32,000 nt of DNA from Acholeplasma laidlawii PG-8A (GCF_000018785.1 NC_010163.1:1440001-1472000), one strand, 5' to 3'; numbered from the stretch's first letter, positions 1-9,360 are shown. The notes: generated by a model from the sequence alone, not told the origin. Made by a program: numbers and translations.

Positions 1-697
1 CTGATAAGTTATTAAATGACCAGCTACCACCTAAACTTGGTACCCAAACCATGTAAGAAACTACAACACCTACAAGAACACCAATTAAGATTGGGATTTG
101 TGATACAAATCCTTTCTTTAATATAACTGTCATGATAGCAATTGTTAAGAATGTTACCATAGATACTAATACACTTAACCAATCCACACCATTTGGTCCT
201 GTATTTAATATACCATTCATAACGTTTTCTGATAAGACAAGGCCGATGATCATAGCAATCATACCTGTGATATGACCAGGTAAAATCTTATCAATCTTGT
301 CTTTGCCAAAATGCCTAATTAAAAGGCCCGCTCCAATTGACATTAATCCGCTCAAGACGGAAGCAATTAAAACAGACCCTAAAACTGTAGATGATGAAGC
401 TAGATTGTCAACACCATATGTTACGACAATAGCAACAGCTCCAATATATGAAAATGATGAACCATAATATAATGGGATTTTAAAATTTGTTACCAATAGG
501 AAGGTAATTGTAGCAATCCCGCTTGCTAATATTGCTGCTGGTATGGAATAGAGTTCTAATCCAAAACCATTCATTATGATTGCCGCTAATACGGTTGCTG
601 GTAACATAACCAGAAACTGCTGTAGGGCAAATACAATTGATTTACCTAATGTTGGTTTATCATCAGGTAAGTATCCAACGATGTCTCTTTCTTTCAT
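1..697 (-). CDS. pyrP: NCS2-family nucleobase permease, uracil-permease-like; N-terminal part only, the C-terminus lies beyond the window start
   Basis: Absent from the ORF track because it runs off the window edge. My minus-strand translation from the ATG at 697-695 gives MKERDIVGYLPDDKPTLGKSIVFALQQFLVMLPATVLAAIIMNGF...NFKIPLYYGSSFSYIGAVAIV..., a multi-TM protein. The LGSSF(A/S)(F/Y)I-type block is typical of UraA/PyrP permeases. RBS AAAGGAGAAG lies just upstream of the ATG. Confidence 0.8.
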   Translation of the reverse strand, partial: MKERDIVGYLPDDKPTLGKSIVFALQQFLVMLPATVLAAIIMNGFGLELYSIPAAILASGIATITFLLVTNFKIPLYYGSSFSYIGAVAIVVTYGVDNLASSSTVLGSVLIASVLSGLMSIGAGLLIRHFGKDKIDKILPGHITGMIAMIIGLVLSENVMNGILNTGPNGVDWLSVLVSMVTFLTIAIMTVILKKGFVSQIPILIGVLVGVVVSYMVWVPSLGGSWSFNNLS

Positions 698-734
698 ATG
701 TATCTTCTCCTTTGTTTAAAATGTAATTTTTCCT

Positions 735-761
735 AAAAAAAAGACACTTTATCAAGTGCCT
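735..761 (-). terminator. Intrinsic terminator/attenuator in the permease leader; also the first terminator downstream of dus
   Basis: Minus-strand RNA forms GGCACUU-GAUA-AAGUGUC followed by U8. The G.U wobble means the stem closes only in the minus-strand transcript. It lies about 40 nt upstream of the permease ATG and downstream of the promoter at 824-852. Confidence 0.6.
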
Positions 762-784
762 AATTAGAAGGTGTGTTCTGTTTC

Positions 785-809
785 GACCTTAAAGTGCTCT
801 CTTTAGGAC
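785..809 (-). promoter_or_regulatory. Leader hairpin with a PyrR-binding-loop-like motif (tentative)
   Basis: Minus-strand hairpin GUCCUAAAG-AGAGCA-CUUUAAGGUC. The GUCC...AGAGAG part resembles the PyrR consensus ARUCCAGAGAGGYU but carries a 3-nt insertion. Confidence 0.3.
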
Positions 810-823
810 TTACATTTCATCCA

Positions 824-852
824 AGTATATCAAAGCTTAAAACCAAATGCAA
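824..852 (-). promoter_or_regulatory. Sigma-70-type promoter for the permease leader
   Basis: Minus strand reads TTGCAT (852-847), an exact 17-nt spacer, then TATACT (829-824). Confidence 0.55.
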
Positions 853-898
853 GTAATTTAATCAAAAGAAATATTTAATTTTAAAATAGAGGATATTT

Positions 899-1909
899 TT
901 ATGACTCAGTTATCTCAATAACGTTACCATGTGTGCTCATTACATCATCAAAATACATTTCTAAGTTTTCCATATACTCTGCTCTATTGGTTGTACGTGC
1001 TAATTTTGCACGTACTTGACTAGCCTTTGGTAAGCCTTTTAAATACCAAGGACCATGTGAACGCATTTCTAAACATGCGGTATGTTCACCTTTGAGTTTT
1101 GCTAGATCATCAAAATGTCTAATCATTAAAGTTTTAACTTCTTCATATGTACGCACAGGTGTTTCTTCACCATTTAAATATGCATTAATTTCTCTAAATA
1201 TCCATGGGTTACCAAGAGATGCTCTACCAATCATCACGGCGTCACAACCTGTATACTCTAACATATGCTTAGCACTTTTACCATCCACAATATTCCCATT
1301 ACCAATAACTGGAATAGATACTGCTTCTTTAACCGCTTTAATAACATCTAAATCAGGTTCACCTGAATAACCTTGTGCACGCGTACGTGCGTGTACAGTA
1401 ATTAATGATGCGCCTGCTTTTTCAATCATTTTAGCAACCTCAACAGCATTAACAGATTCACTATCCCAACCACTTCTGATTTTTACAGTGACAGGTTTAG
1501 ATACTTTTTCTTTAATAGCTTTTACAATATCATATATTTTTTGAGGATCTTTCATTAAAGATGCACCTGCTTGAGCACCAATTGCTACCTTTGGTACAGG
1601 GCATCCCATATTAATATCAATAAAATCACAATTCGAATTTTTATCAATAAACATGGCTGCCTCAACCATTGTTTCTAAATCACTACCAAAGATTTGTTGA
1701 GCTGCTGGTTTTTCTTCAACCGTCATATAAAGCATTTGAAGTGTTTTAGGATTTTGAAAAAAGATAGCCTTATCAGATACCATCTCTGCAAAAACAACCC
1801 CTGCACCTAATTGACGCGCCATTAATCTAAAAGGATGGTTAGATACTCCAGCCATAGGCGCTAAGATTAATTTGTTTTCTACAACATAATTTCCCAATTT
1901 GAAACTCAT
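899..1909 (-). CDS. dus: tRNA-dihydrouridine synthase (DusB-like)
   Basis: MSFKLGNYVVENKLILAPMAGVSNHPFRLMARQLG... is a typical Dus N-terminus with a TIM-barrel FMN fold. The ORF track starts at a GTG at 1918. The ATG at 1909 is preceded by GGTGA at a 5-nt spacing and matches family N-termini better. Confidence 0.93.
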   Translation of the reverse strand: MSFKLGNYVVENKLILAPMAGVSNHPFRLMARQLGAGVVFAEMVSDKAIFFQNPKTLQMLYMTVEEKPAAQQIFGSDLETMVEAAMFIDKNSNCDFIDINMGCPVPKVAIGAQAGASLMKDPQKIYDIVKAIKEKVSKPVTVKIRSGWDSESVNAVEVAKMIEKAGASLITVHARTRAQGYSGEPDLDVIKAVKEAVSIPVIGNGNIVDGKSAKHMLEYTGCDAVMIGRASLGNPWIFREINAYLNGEETPVRTYEEVKTLMIRHFDDLAKLKGEHTACLEMRSHGPWYLKGLPKASQVRAKLARTTNRAEYMENLEMYFDDVMSTHGNVIEITES

Positions 1910-1924
1910 ATTTATCACCGAGTG

Positions 1925-1953
1925 TTATTTTAACATACAATATAGGTTATAAT
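1925..1953. promoter_or_regulatory. Divergent promoter region between dus and hslO
   Basis: Plus strand has TATAAT at 1948-1953 with a weak -35 (TTATTT), serving hslO. Minus strand has an extended -10, TGTTAAAAT (1935-1927), serving dus. Confidence 0.35.
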
Positions 1954-1972
1954 AGGATTTGAGGATTATTAT

Positions 1973-2845
1973 ATGAAAGATTACACATTAATTGCATTAG
2001 CTTACAATCAAGAAATAAGAATTTATACATCTGTTTCAACAAACTTAGTTGAAAAATCTAGGAAGTTACATAAAACACTCCCAACCGCATCTGCTGCAAT
2101 GGGCAGATTTTTAACAGCTTCTGCCATGATGTCTTTAATGTATAAAGACGGTGAAAGACTTACCCTAAAAATAGATGGTGATGGTCCGATTGGACAAATG
2201 ACAGTTGAGGCGAAAAATGGGGTAGTTCGTTCTACAATTTTAAATCCAAATGTCTACCTAGTCTACGGTGAAGGACCTAAGATGGGTAAACTTAATGTTG
2301 GTGCTGCAGTTGGTGCAGGCACATTAAGTGTTACCAAAGACTGGAAAGAAAATTATTTCACCTCAAGTTCTCCACTTCAAACAGGAGAAATTGGAGATGA
2401 TTTCACTTACTACTATGCAACCAGTGAACAAACACCATCAGCAGTTGGTTTAGGTGTTTTGGTATCTCGTGGTAAAAAGGTGATTCAAGCTGGTGGTTTT
2501 ATTATTCAAGTACTTCCACACGCTAGTGAAAAAACACTCAACCAACTAGAATCAATTATTTCAAAAATCAATTCAGTTACCGATTTATTAAAAAGTAACC
2601 ACACACCGGAAGATATGATTAATATTCTATCTGATAACACTGGTGAAATTTTAGAAAAACATGAACTCAAATACCACTGTGGTTGTAGCCGTAAAAAATA
2701 CTTCGATGCACTTTCAAGATTAAACAAACAAGCACTTGAAGATATCTTACACGAAGATGGACAAGCTGAAGTGGTTTGTCAGTACTGTAATAAAAAGTAC
2801 ATTTATACAAGTGAAGATTTAACTAAGATGATTGCTTCAAAATAG
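1973..2845 (+). CDS. hslO: Hsp33 redox-regulated chaperone
   Basis: Full-length Hsp33 architecture. The C-terminal zinc centre is present as HCGCSRKK...VCQYCNKKY (CXC plus CXXC). RBS is GAGGA. Confidence 0.95.
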   Translation: MKDYTLIALAYNQEIRIYTSVSTNLVEKSRKLHKTLPTASAAMGRFLTASAMMSLMYKDGERLTLKIDGDGPIGQMTVEAKNGVVRSTILNPNVYLVYGEGPKMGKLNVGAAVGAGTLSVTKDWKENYFTSSSPLQTGEIGDDFTYYYATSEQTPSAVGLGVLVSRGKKVIQAGGFIIQVLPHASEKTLNQLESIISKINSVTDLLKSNHTPEDMINILSDNTGEILEKHELKYHCGCSRKKYFDALSRLNKQALEDILHEDGQAEVVCQYCNKKYIYTSEDLTKMIASK

Positions 2846-2850
2846 CATTA

Positions 2851-2881
2851 AAAAGGGATGAAAAATTTCATCCCTTTTTTG
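2851..2881. terminator. Bidirectional intrinsic terminator between convergent hslO and the DUF4097 gene
   Basis: Stem GGGATGAA / TTCATCCC with a 4-nt loop. It is flanked by an A4 run upstream and a T6 run downstream. Confidence 0.7.
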
Positions 2882-3769
2882 TTAGTTTGTATAAATATTT
2901 ATATTGCCTGCACTTGTTATAACATCAACTAAACTACCTGTTCCACTTTGATATGTATTAGATACCTTAGACCCATTAATTCGTGCATCCCCTGCACTTG
3001 TTGAAAGTTTAAACTGATAACTACTTATATTGCTATTTAGCCTTAATAGGACATTTCCAGCAGATGATTTTAATGTATAACTTAAAGCATTCGTCTTTTC
3101 TACTGTTACATTACCAGCACTTACAGTAGCTGTTAAAGTATCAGTTATCTCTACTTGATTTAAATTGATATTACCGCTTTGTCCGGTTAAACTCACTACC
3201 CCTGTTGATACGAGATCAACTAGTTTAATATTACCAGCTGAGACCTTGATATTTATATCACCATAACTACCTTTAATTTCTACATTACCAAACTGCGCTA
3301 TGATGTCTAGTTTTCCTAAAGCCGCATCTACTTCGACATTACCTGCAGCTGTAGATATGTTCATGTCACCTACATAACTTACCGGTAACTGTATAGATAG
3401 TAGTCCATACTCACTTGGTCTAATCCCAAATGAAAACCAGTTGAAGAATTGATTATCTTGACTTAGTATCATATTTAATCTGCCAGCACCATCTACTGTG
3501 ATAGACATTTCTTCTGTTTCTTTTAAGTAATATGTAATATGTGGTTTATCAATAGTATCTGATACTGTGATATCAATATTTCTATATTCTGTTGATACAT
3601 AAATACTATCAAATGTTAAATCAATATCCTCTTCGTAAAGTGTATAGGATGCTTGATCAGTCAGTGAATTTTGAACAGACTCAATACTTGCACCTGTTAA
3701 AAAGCCTGAAATGATTAAACCAATACCAACAATCAGTAAGATATATAAAACTCTAATAACTATTTTCAT
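2882..3769 (-). CDS. DUF4097-family (LiaG/YvlB-like) beta-repeat membrane-anchored protein
   Basis: N-terminal TM helix (VLYILLIVGIGLIISGFL). About eight roughly 20-aa repeats are marked by (S/T/Q)(A/F/S)GN(V/I) motifs: AAGNVEV, QFGNVEI, SAGNIKL, QSGNINL, SAGNVTV, SAGNVLL, SAGDARI, SAGNINI. A 4-nt ATGA overlap joins it to the upstream gene. Confidence 0.8.
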   Translation of the reverse strand: MKIVIRVLYILLIVGIGLIISGFLTGASIESVQNSLTDQASYTLYEEDIDLTFDSIYVSTEYRNIDITVSDTIDKPHITYYLKETEEMSITVDGAGRLNMILSQDNQFFNWFSFGIRPSEYGLLSIQLPVSYVGDMNISTAAGNVEVDAALGKLDIIAQFGNVEIKGSYGDINIKVSAGNIKLVDLVSTGVVSLTGQSGNINLNQVEITDTLTATVSAGNVTVEKTNALSYTLKSSAGNVLLRLNSNISSYQFKLSTSAGDARINGSKVSNTYQSGTGSLVDVITSAGNINIYTN

Positions 3770-4329
3770 GCTTTATGTCCTCCACTTACTAAACGGCTAA
3801 TAATCTTAACAGATCCCTTTAATAAATACGTAAATAGATAAGAAATATAGTATAAGATAATCATCGCAAGCGATATTGCTGTAACGTATGCACCAATCAC
3901 CGCAAGTATCGTACCTACATTAGATCCTGATTGTAGCATTTGATACATCAATACAATAAATCCTAAGATACCTGATATACCCACTGCAATACTAGAAATA
4001 ATTAAAGCAAAGACAACTATAATAAACGCTAAGTAAATAATACCTAAAGGTATAAGAATTGGCATTGAAAATAAGAAAATTAATAGTGAACCAATATTCT
4101 TACTTACTTCCTTTTTATTTTCAGGTTCTCTTTTTGAAAGTGCCTGTGGAAAAGCCATACGACTAATCATGCGAATATCATAGCTTTCTATAATACGATC
4201 CATCGCCTCACCATTTTCATAGCGATCTGAAATAATTTCTTCATAATACGCTAGAATCTCATCAATTTCATGTTGATACAATTTTTTTGATTTAAGTTCT
4301 TTTTCTAAATCTTTTAAGAATTTTTCCAT
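3766..4329 (-). CDS. DUF1700 (HAAS-type) membrane protein, the usual partner of PadR regulators
   Basis: N-terminal helical domain MEKFLKDLEKELKSKKLYQHEIDEILAYYEEIISD..., followed by about 3-4 TM helices. RBS is GGGGGAAG. Confidence 0.8.
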   Translation of the reverse strand: MEKFLKDLEKELKSKKLYQHEIDEILAYYEEIISDRYENGEAMDRIIESYDIRMISRMAFPQALSKREPENKKEVSKNIGSLLIFLFSMPILIPLGIIYLAFIIVVFALIISSIAVGISGILGFIVLMYQMLQSGSNVGTILAVIGAYVTAISLAMIILYYISYLFTYLLKGSVKIISRLVSGGHKA

Positions 4330-4341
4330 TGTCTTCCCCCA

Positions 4342-4644
4342 TTAACCCATGATAATGTCATAGATTTTTTTAATGTCTTTCCACTCTTCTAAGTAACTAT
4401 CTATATAGCGTTTGCCGCTCATTGTAATTTTGTAGTATTTTCTATTCCTACCTTGATATATCTCATTATAAGTAGATAATCTACCATCTTTTTCTAGTCG
4501 TCTTAAAACAGGATAAAGTGTAGACTCACTCATTTGAACATATTCATTTAAATCAGACACTAATTTATATCCATAACTTGGTCCCTTGGTTAATAAGGCA
4601 AGTACAAATAATTCTATAACGTGTTTTTTTAGATCTACTGGCAT
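4342..4644 (-). CDS. PadR-family winged-helix transcriptional regulator
   Basis: LALLTKGPSYGYKLVSDLNEYVQMSESTLYPVLRRLEKDGRLSTY is the canonical PadR wHTH signature. The protein is 100 aa. Confidence 0.9.
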   Translation of the reverse strand: MPVDLKKHVIELFVLALLTKGPSYGYKLVSDLNEYVQMSESTLYPVLRRLEKDGRLSTYNEIYQGRNRKYYKITMSGKRYIDSYLEEWKDIKKIYDIIMG

Positions 4645-4667
4645 ATGTACCTCTAACTTTCAACTAT

Positions 4668-4696
4668 ATTATATGTCGCATAGTATTATGTGTCAA
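4668..4696 (-). promoter_or_regulatory. Perfect consensus sigma-70 promoter of the PadR operon
   Basis: Minus strand reads TTGACA (4696-4691), an exact 17-nt spacer, then TATAAT (4673-4668). Confidence 0.7.
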
Positions 4697-4710
4697 GTAA
4701 TATAATAAAT

Positions 4711-4755
4711 AAAAATAAAAACCTATAAATCAGTTATCGAATTGATTTATAGGTT
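4711..4755 (-). terminator. Intrinsic terminator downstream of maf
   Basis: 13-bp stem AACCTATAAATCA / TGATTTATAGGTT (4720-4733 and 4743-4755). On the minus strand it is followed by TTTTTATTTTT. Confidence 0.7.
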
Positions 4756-4765
4756 TTAGTTAATT

Positions 4766-5338
4766 TCATTTTAATTTTGGCACTATATTAAAGTCTTTTA
4801 GTTTTTCTAAAACTAATTTTAACGGTAAGCCCATGATCGTATGAAAATCACCATCATATTGTTTAATTAATTTAGCACCAATACCTTGAATAGCGTAGGC
4901 ACCGGCTTTATCCATTGGTTCTTTGGTTTGTATGTAACTTTCAATATCTAAAGTACTTAGTTTATTAAAGGTCACACTTGCAGATTCTACAAATACTTCT
5001 TTTTTATCCTTACTTACGATACAAACACCTGTGTAAACATGATGTGTTTTATCGTTAAGTAATTGAAGCATTTTCTGTGCATCTTCTATATCTTTGGGTT
5101 TACCTAAAATTTCTCCATCCACTTCTACAACAGTATCTGCAGTTAGAATAACATCAAGAGGATATTTATGAAGTAGTGCCTTTGCTTTATTTTCTGCAAT
5201 AGTTTCTACATATTTAAGTGTATCACCTTCAAATGCTACTTGGCTTTCATTATAGTCACTTGGCACCAATAAAAAGTCAATACTTGCACTTTCAAGTAGT
5301 TCTTTTCTTCTGGCTGAGCCAGAACCTAATATTAACAT
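4766..5338 (-). CDS. maf: Maf-family nucleoside-triphosphate pyrophosphatase (septum-formation-associated)
   Basis: MLILGSGSARRKELL...TADTVV...DKAGAYAIQG are hallmark Maf motifs. The protein is 190 aa. Confidence 0.92.
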   Translation of the reverse strand: MLILGSGSARRKELLESASIDFLLVPSDYNESQVAFEGDTLKYVETIAENKAKALLHKYPLDVILTADTVVEVDGEILGKPKDIEDAQKMLQLLNDKTHHVYTGVCIVSKDKKEVFVESASVTFNKLSTLDIESYIQTKEPMDKAGAYAIQGIGAKLIKQYDGDFHTIMGLPLKLVLEKLKDFNIVPKLK

Positions 5339-5357
5339 AATAATCTCTCCCTATACA

Positions 5358-5366
5358 TGATATAAT
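5358..5366 (+). promoter_or_regulatory. Extended -10 promoter element upstream of tilS
   Basis: TGATATAAT (TGn plus TATAAT) lies 36 nt upstream of the tilS ATG. I see no convincing -35. Confidence 0.35.
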
Positions 5367-5401
5367 ATTTAGTATATAAATTTGAAAAATGTGGTGAAAA
5401 A

Positions 5402-6622
5402 ATGGCTTTAAAACTGAAACTTGATTCAACAAAATTATATGTTCTTGCAGTATCTGGAGGAGTTGACTCCATGGTATTGTTTGATTTATTTGTTAAACAT
5501 AATCTAAATTTTGTTGTTGTGCATTTTAATCACCAAAAGCGCGCTGAATCTATTTTAGATCACGAACTGGTTGAATCCATGTGTACACTTCATCATATTC
5601 CTTACCATTATATCAAATTAAAAATTAAAAATGGTAATTTTCAGGAAGTGTCACGAAATGCTAGATATAAAAATCTAGAGTTTATTGCAGAACAATATCA
5701 TACACCATATATCGTTACAGCACATCATTTAGATGATTTAGCTGAAACTATTATGATGAAGCTTATTAGAGGTTCTAATCTCTTAGGTTATGCTGCGATG
5801 CAAGAAGTAACCCATATCGATAAATTCATCTATTTAAAACCTTTATTGAACTATAGTAAAGAAGAAATTAGTCTTTATCAACAAACACATCAAATTAAAT
5901 TCTATGAAGATCATACAAACTTAGAAGATACTTACTCAAGAAATCGAGTAAGGCATCATCTCATCCCTTTATTAAAGGAAGAAAACGATGTTTTAACACA
6001 TTTAAAAAACTTTTCTAAACAAAGTTATTTAGCAGCATCCTACATTAGGAAGGAGTCCAATAACTTCTTAAGTAAGGATTTATCTTTTCATTTATCGAGT
6101 TTTGATGCACTACATGATGCTGTTAAAATGGACGTTATTTCCTTAATATTTGAGTCTTTAAAAATCGATAAAACATTTAAGAAAATTGAAACTATTTTAG
6201 CACAATTAAAGTCAATAAAGCCTAATATTAATATCACGCTTAATAAGCACTATCATATGATAAAAGCCTATGATTTTGTCTACATAGAGCATATTGATAA
6301 AAATAAGACTCGAAATGATGAGAATTGTCTCATGATTTCCCACAATAAAGTAGACCTCCCGAAGATTTGGGTAGAATTATGTTATAATAAACTGGATTTT
6401 CCTATTCAATTAAGGAAGCGTAAACCGGGGGATCGTTTATCCTTTACCTACGGTAGTAAGAAATTAAAGGACTATTTAATTGATAAGAAGATTGCAATTA
6501 GTGATAGAAATAATCTAAATGTCGTTGTGGATAGTTCCGGTACCATTTTATGGATACCTGGACTTTATTTAAATGAGACCCTAGGGTCAGAACATAAAAT
6601 TTACTTATCTATAAAGGAGTAA
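5402..6622 (+). CDS. tilS: tRNA(Ile)-lysidine synthase
   Basis: PP-loop motif AVSGGVDS is present. The C-terminal TilS domain reads RKRKPGDRLSF...KKLKDYLIDKKI. It sits in the conserved tilS-hpt-ftsH order. Confidence 0.93.
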   Translation: MALKLKLDSTKLYVLAVSGGVDSMVLFDLFVKHNLNFVVVHFNHQKRAESILDHELVESMCTLHHIPYHYIKLKIKNGNFQEVSRNARYKNLEFIAEQYHTPYIVTAHHLDDLAETIMMKLIRGSNLLGYAAMQEVTHIDKFIYLKPLLNYSKEEISLYQQTHQIKFYEDHTNLEDTYSRNRVRHHLIPLLKEENDVLTHLKNFSKQSYLAASYIRKESNNFLSKDLSFHLSSFDALHDAVKMDVISLIFESLKIDKTFKKIETILAQLKSIKPNINITLNKHYHMIKAYDFVYIEHIDKNKTRNDENCLMISHNKVDLPKIWVELCYNKLDFPIQLRKRKPGDRLSFTYGSKKLKDYLIDKKIAISDRNNLNVVVDSSGTILWIPGLYLNETLGSEHKIYLSIKE

Positions 6623-6628
6623 CTAAAT

Positions 6629-7168
6629 ATGCATCAAGATATTCTAGAAGTACTTGTAAGTGAATCACAGATTAAAGAGATTACAGAAAAGTTAGGCAAG
6701 CAACTCACTCATGATTATGCTGGTAAGAACGCATTATTTGTAGGACTATTAAATGGTTGTGTACCATTTATGTCTGAACTTGTCTTAAAAATTGATACGC
6801 ATATTGAAATTCAGTTCATGGCAGTATCTAGTTATCACGGTGGTATTAAGTCTTCTGGAGATGTTAAAATCAAATATGATTTAAACAGTCCAGTTCAAGA
6901 TAGAGATGTTGTCATCGTAGAAGATATTGTTGATACCGGTGCAACTTTAAAAACAGTTACTGAATTATTAAAATACCGTGGTGCAAAATCAGTAAAGGTT
7001 GTTACTTTATTAGATAAACCTTCTGGTAGAAAAGTTGATTTTATACCAGATTATATTGGAGTTACTATCCCTAAGAAGTTTGTTGTGGGATATGGACTAG
7101 ACTACAATGAATATTATAGAAACTTACCATACATCGGGGTATTAAAACCCGAAGTATATACAAAATAG
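6629..7168 (+). CDS. hpt: Hypoxanthine(-guanine) phosphoribosyltransferase
   Basis: PRPP-binding motif VVIVEDIVDTGATL is present. The protein is 179 aa. RBS is AAAGGAG. Confidence 0.95.
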   Translation: MHQDILEVLVSESQIKEITEKLGKQLTHDYAGKNALFVGLLNGCVPFMSELVLKIDTHIEIQFMAVSSYHGGIKSSGDVKIKYDLNSPVQDRDVVIVEDIVDTGATLKTVTELLKYRGAKSVKVVTLLDKPSGRKVDFIPDYIGVTIPKKFVVGYGLDYNEYYRNLPYIGVLKPEVYTK

Positions 7169-7180
7169 GAAGGAAACAAT

Positions 7181-9106
7181 ATGAATAAACAACAAAAACC
7201 TAAAAGAAGCCCGCTTCGTCCGGACTATCTTGTAATTGTAATTATTATACTTTTAGCAATTGGTATGTACTTCTTCTTTACAGAGATGATGGCACCAAAA
7301 GTTAAACAGTTTGACGAATTTGAATTTATAGCAGCAATCGAATCAGGACAGATTGCAACTGTACGAAGTGAATATGTCGGTGGAGATAACTTTAACCTAT
7401 GGGAAGTTACCGGTACATTTACAACAGGTAACGCTCCAGAAGGTGTCGGAAGTTATGTCATTATACTTTATGGTGATAGGTTAAACAACATCCAAGACAT
7501 CATCATTACTTATAATGAGTTAAACCCAAGTACACCAATCACAGTATCATTTGTTCCACACGTAAGTGTTGATTTCTGGAATATTATCTCAACCCTTCTC
7601 TTGATTGCAGCACCTATTGTTTTAGTCGTTATTATGTTTAGATCGATGAGTTCTCAATCTAATAAAGCTCAAGATTTTACAAAAAACCGTGCCAAATTAT
7701 CTCAAGGTAGAAAAGTTAAGTTTTCTGACATTGCTGGTGCTGATGAAGAAAAAGCTGAAATGGCTGAATTAATCGACTTCTTAAAAAATCCTAAGAAATA
7801 TGCTGATATGGGTGCTCGTGTACCAAAGGGTGTCTTATTAGTAGGTCAACCTGGTACAGGTAAAACCTTATTAGCTAAAGCAGTTGCTGGTGAAGCACAA
7901 GTACCATTCTTCTCAATTTCAGGTTCTGATTTCGTTGAACTTTATGTTGGGGTTGGTGCAAGCCGTGTTAGAGATTTATTTAAAGTTGCAAAACAAAGTG
8001 CACCTTGTATTATATTTATTGATGAAATCGATGCTGTAGGTCGCCAACGTGGTGCTGGTATGGGTGGCGGAAATGATGAAAGAGAACAAACATTAAACCA
8101 ACTACTTGTTGAAATGGATGGTTTTAGTGCAAACTTAGGTATCATCATTATGGCTGCAACAAACAGACCAGACGTATTAGACCCTGCATTATTAAGACCA
8201 GGCCGTTTTGATAGACAAATTACAATGCAAGTACCTGATCAAAAATCACGTGAAGAAATCTTAAAAGTTCATGCACGTAGTAAAAAATTAGATCCTACGA
8301 TTAAATTTAGTGAAGTTGCAATGCGTATCCCAGGATTTACTGGTGCTGATATTGAAAACTTACTAAACGAAGCAGCATTATTAGCAGCAAGAGAATCTAG
8401 AACAGTCATTTCAATGCAAGACATTGATGAGGCAGCTGACCGTGTAACTATGGGACCTGCTAAGAAATCTAGAAAATACTCACCAAATGAAAAGAAAATG
8501 GTTGCCTACCATGAAGCCGGTCATGCGGTTATTGGATTAAAGGTTAACTTAGCTTCTACTGTTCAAAAAGTAACAATTGTCCCACGAGGACGTGCTGGTG
8601 GTTATGCACTTTATACACCAGTTGAAGAAAAATTCAACTATGCTAAAAGTGAGTTACTAGCAATGATTACTTCTGCCTTAGGTGGACGTGTTGCTGAAGA
8701 AATTATGTTTGATGATGTTACAACCGGAGCATATGATGACTTTAAACGTGCAACCAAGTTAGCACGTAGTATGGTTACAGAATACGGTATGTCTGATCTT
8801 GGACCTATCCAATATGAATCAGATAGTGGAAACGTCTTCTTAGGTAGAGATTACTTAAAAGATAAAAACTTCTCTGATGCAGTTGCACTTGAAATCGATA
8901 GAGAAGTTCGTGCAATTATTACTGAGTGTTACGAACATGCTAGAAAAGTCATTAATGAAAATAAAAATTTACTAGATAATATCGCTAAATACTTAATCGC
9001 TGTAGAAACACTTACTAAAACTGATATTGATGAAATAGCAGCTACTGGACAACTTCAATGGTGGGATAACCGTGAAGTTGAAGAAGATTCTAAGAAAAGC
9101 GAATAA
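7181..9106 (+). CDS. ftsH: ATP-dependent zinc metalloprotease FtsH
   Basis: Two N-terminal TM helices, Walker A GQPGTGKT, an AAA+ second region of homology, and the zinc motif HEAGHA. Confidence 0.97.
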   Translation: MNKQQKPKRSPLRPDYLVIVIIILLAIGMYFFFTEMMAPKVKQFDEFEFIAAIESGQIATVRSEYVGGDNFNLWEVTGTFTTGNAPEGVGSYVIILYGDRLNNIQDIIITYNELNPSTPITVSFVPHVSVDFWNIISTLLLIAAPIVLVVIMFRSMSSQSNKAQDFTKNRAKLSQGRKVKFSDIAGADEEKAEMAELIDFLKNPKKYADMGARVPKGVLLVGQPGTGKTLLAKAVAGEAQVPFFSISGSDFVELYVGVGASRVRDLFKVAKQSAPCIIFIDEIDAVGRQRGAGMGGGNDEREQTLNQLLVEMDGFSANLGIIIMAATNRPDVLDPALLRPGRFDRQITMQVPDQKSREEILKVHARSKKLDPTIKFSEVAMRIPGFTGADIENLLNEAALLAARESRTVISMQDIDEAADRVTMGPAKKSRKYSPNEKKMVAYHEAGHAVIGLKVNLASTVQKVTIVPRGRAGGYALYTPVEEKFNYAKSELLAMITSALGGRVAEEIMFDDVTTGAYDDFKRATKLARSMVTEYGMSDLGPIQYESDSGNVFLGRDYLKDKNFSDAVALEIDREVRAIITECYEHARKVINENKNLLDNIAKYLIAVETLTKTDIDEIAATGQLQWWDNREVEEDSKKSE

Positions 9107-9111
9107 ATACT

Positions 9112-9360
9112 TTGAGAATCGATAAATTTTTAAAAGTATCACGCTTAATTAAACGACGTAGCGTGGCTAAAGATGTTGCAGATGCTGATCGTATTTATGT
9201 AAATGGCCAACTAGCAAAACCTGGTAAAACAGTTAAAGTCGGTGACCAAGTTCAACTGCATCTTGGTTTAAAAATTATTACTATTGAAATAACTTCACTC
9301 ACTTTACTCAAAGACCAAGACATGTATACACTCATTTCCGAAGAAAAACGGTCTTTATGA
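9112..9360 (+). CDS. rqcP: S4-domain RNA-binding protein (RqcP/YabO, Hsp15-like)
   Basis: MRIDKFLKVSRLIKRRSVAKDVADADRIYVNGQLAKPGKTVKVGDQV matches the YabO/RqcP-type S4 domain. It has a TTG start 5 nt after the ftsH stop and no obvious SD, so translation is probably coupled. It ends in TGA. Confidence 0.8.
   Translation: MRIDKFLKVSRLIKRRSVAKDVADADRIYVNGQLAKPGKTVKVGDQVQLHLGLKIITIEITSLTLLKDQDMYTLISEEKRSL

Noticed and set aside
698-898. Possible purine (guanine/xanthine) riboswitch upstream of the NCS2 permease.
   Set aside because: The leader is only about 120 nt. I could not find the three-way-junction aptamer or its conserved loop and junction sequences. The permease motifs fit the uracil (UraA/PyrP) type better than the xanthine (PbuX) type.
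4645-4710. PadR operator palindrome in the PadR promoter region.
   Set aside because: I found only short AT-rich inverted repeats: TATG-N3-CATA overlapping the spacer and -10, and TATTA-N9-TAATA around the -35. These occur easily by chance in AT-rich DNA. No ATGT-N8-ACAT-type site is present, so no operator is called.
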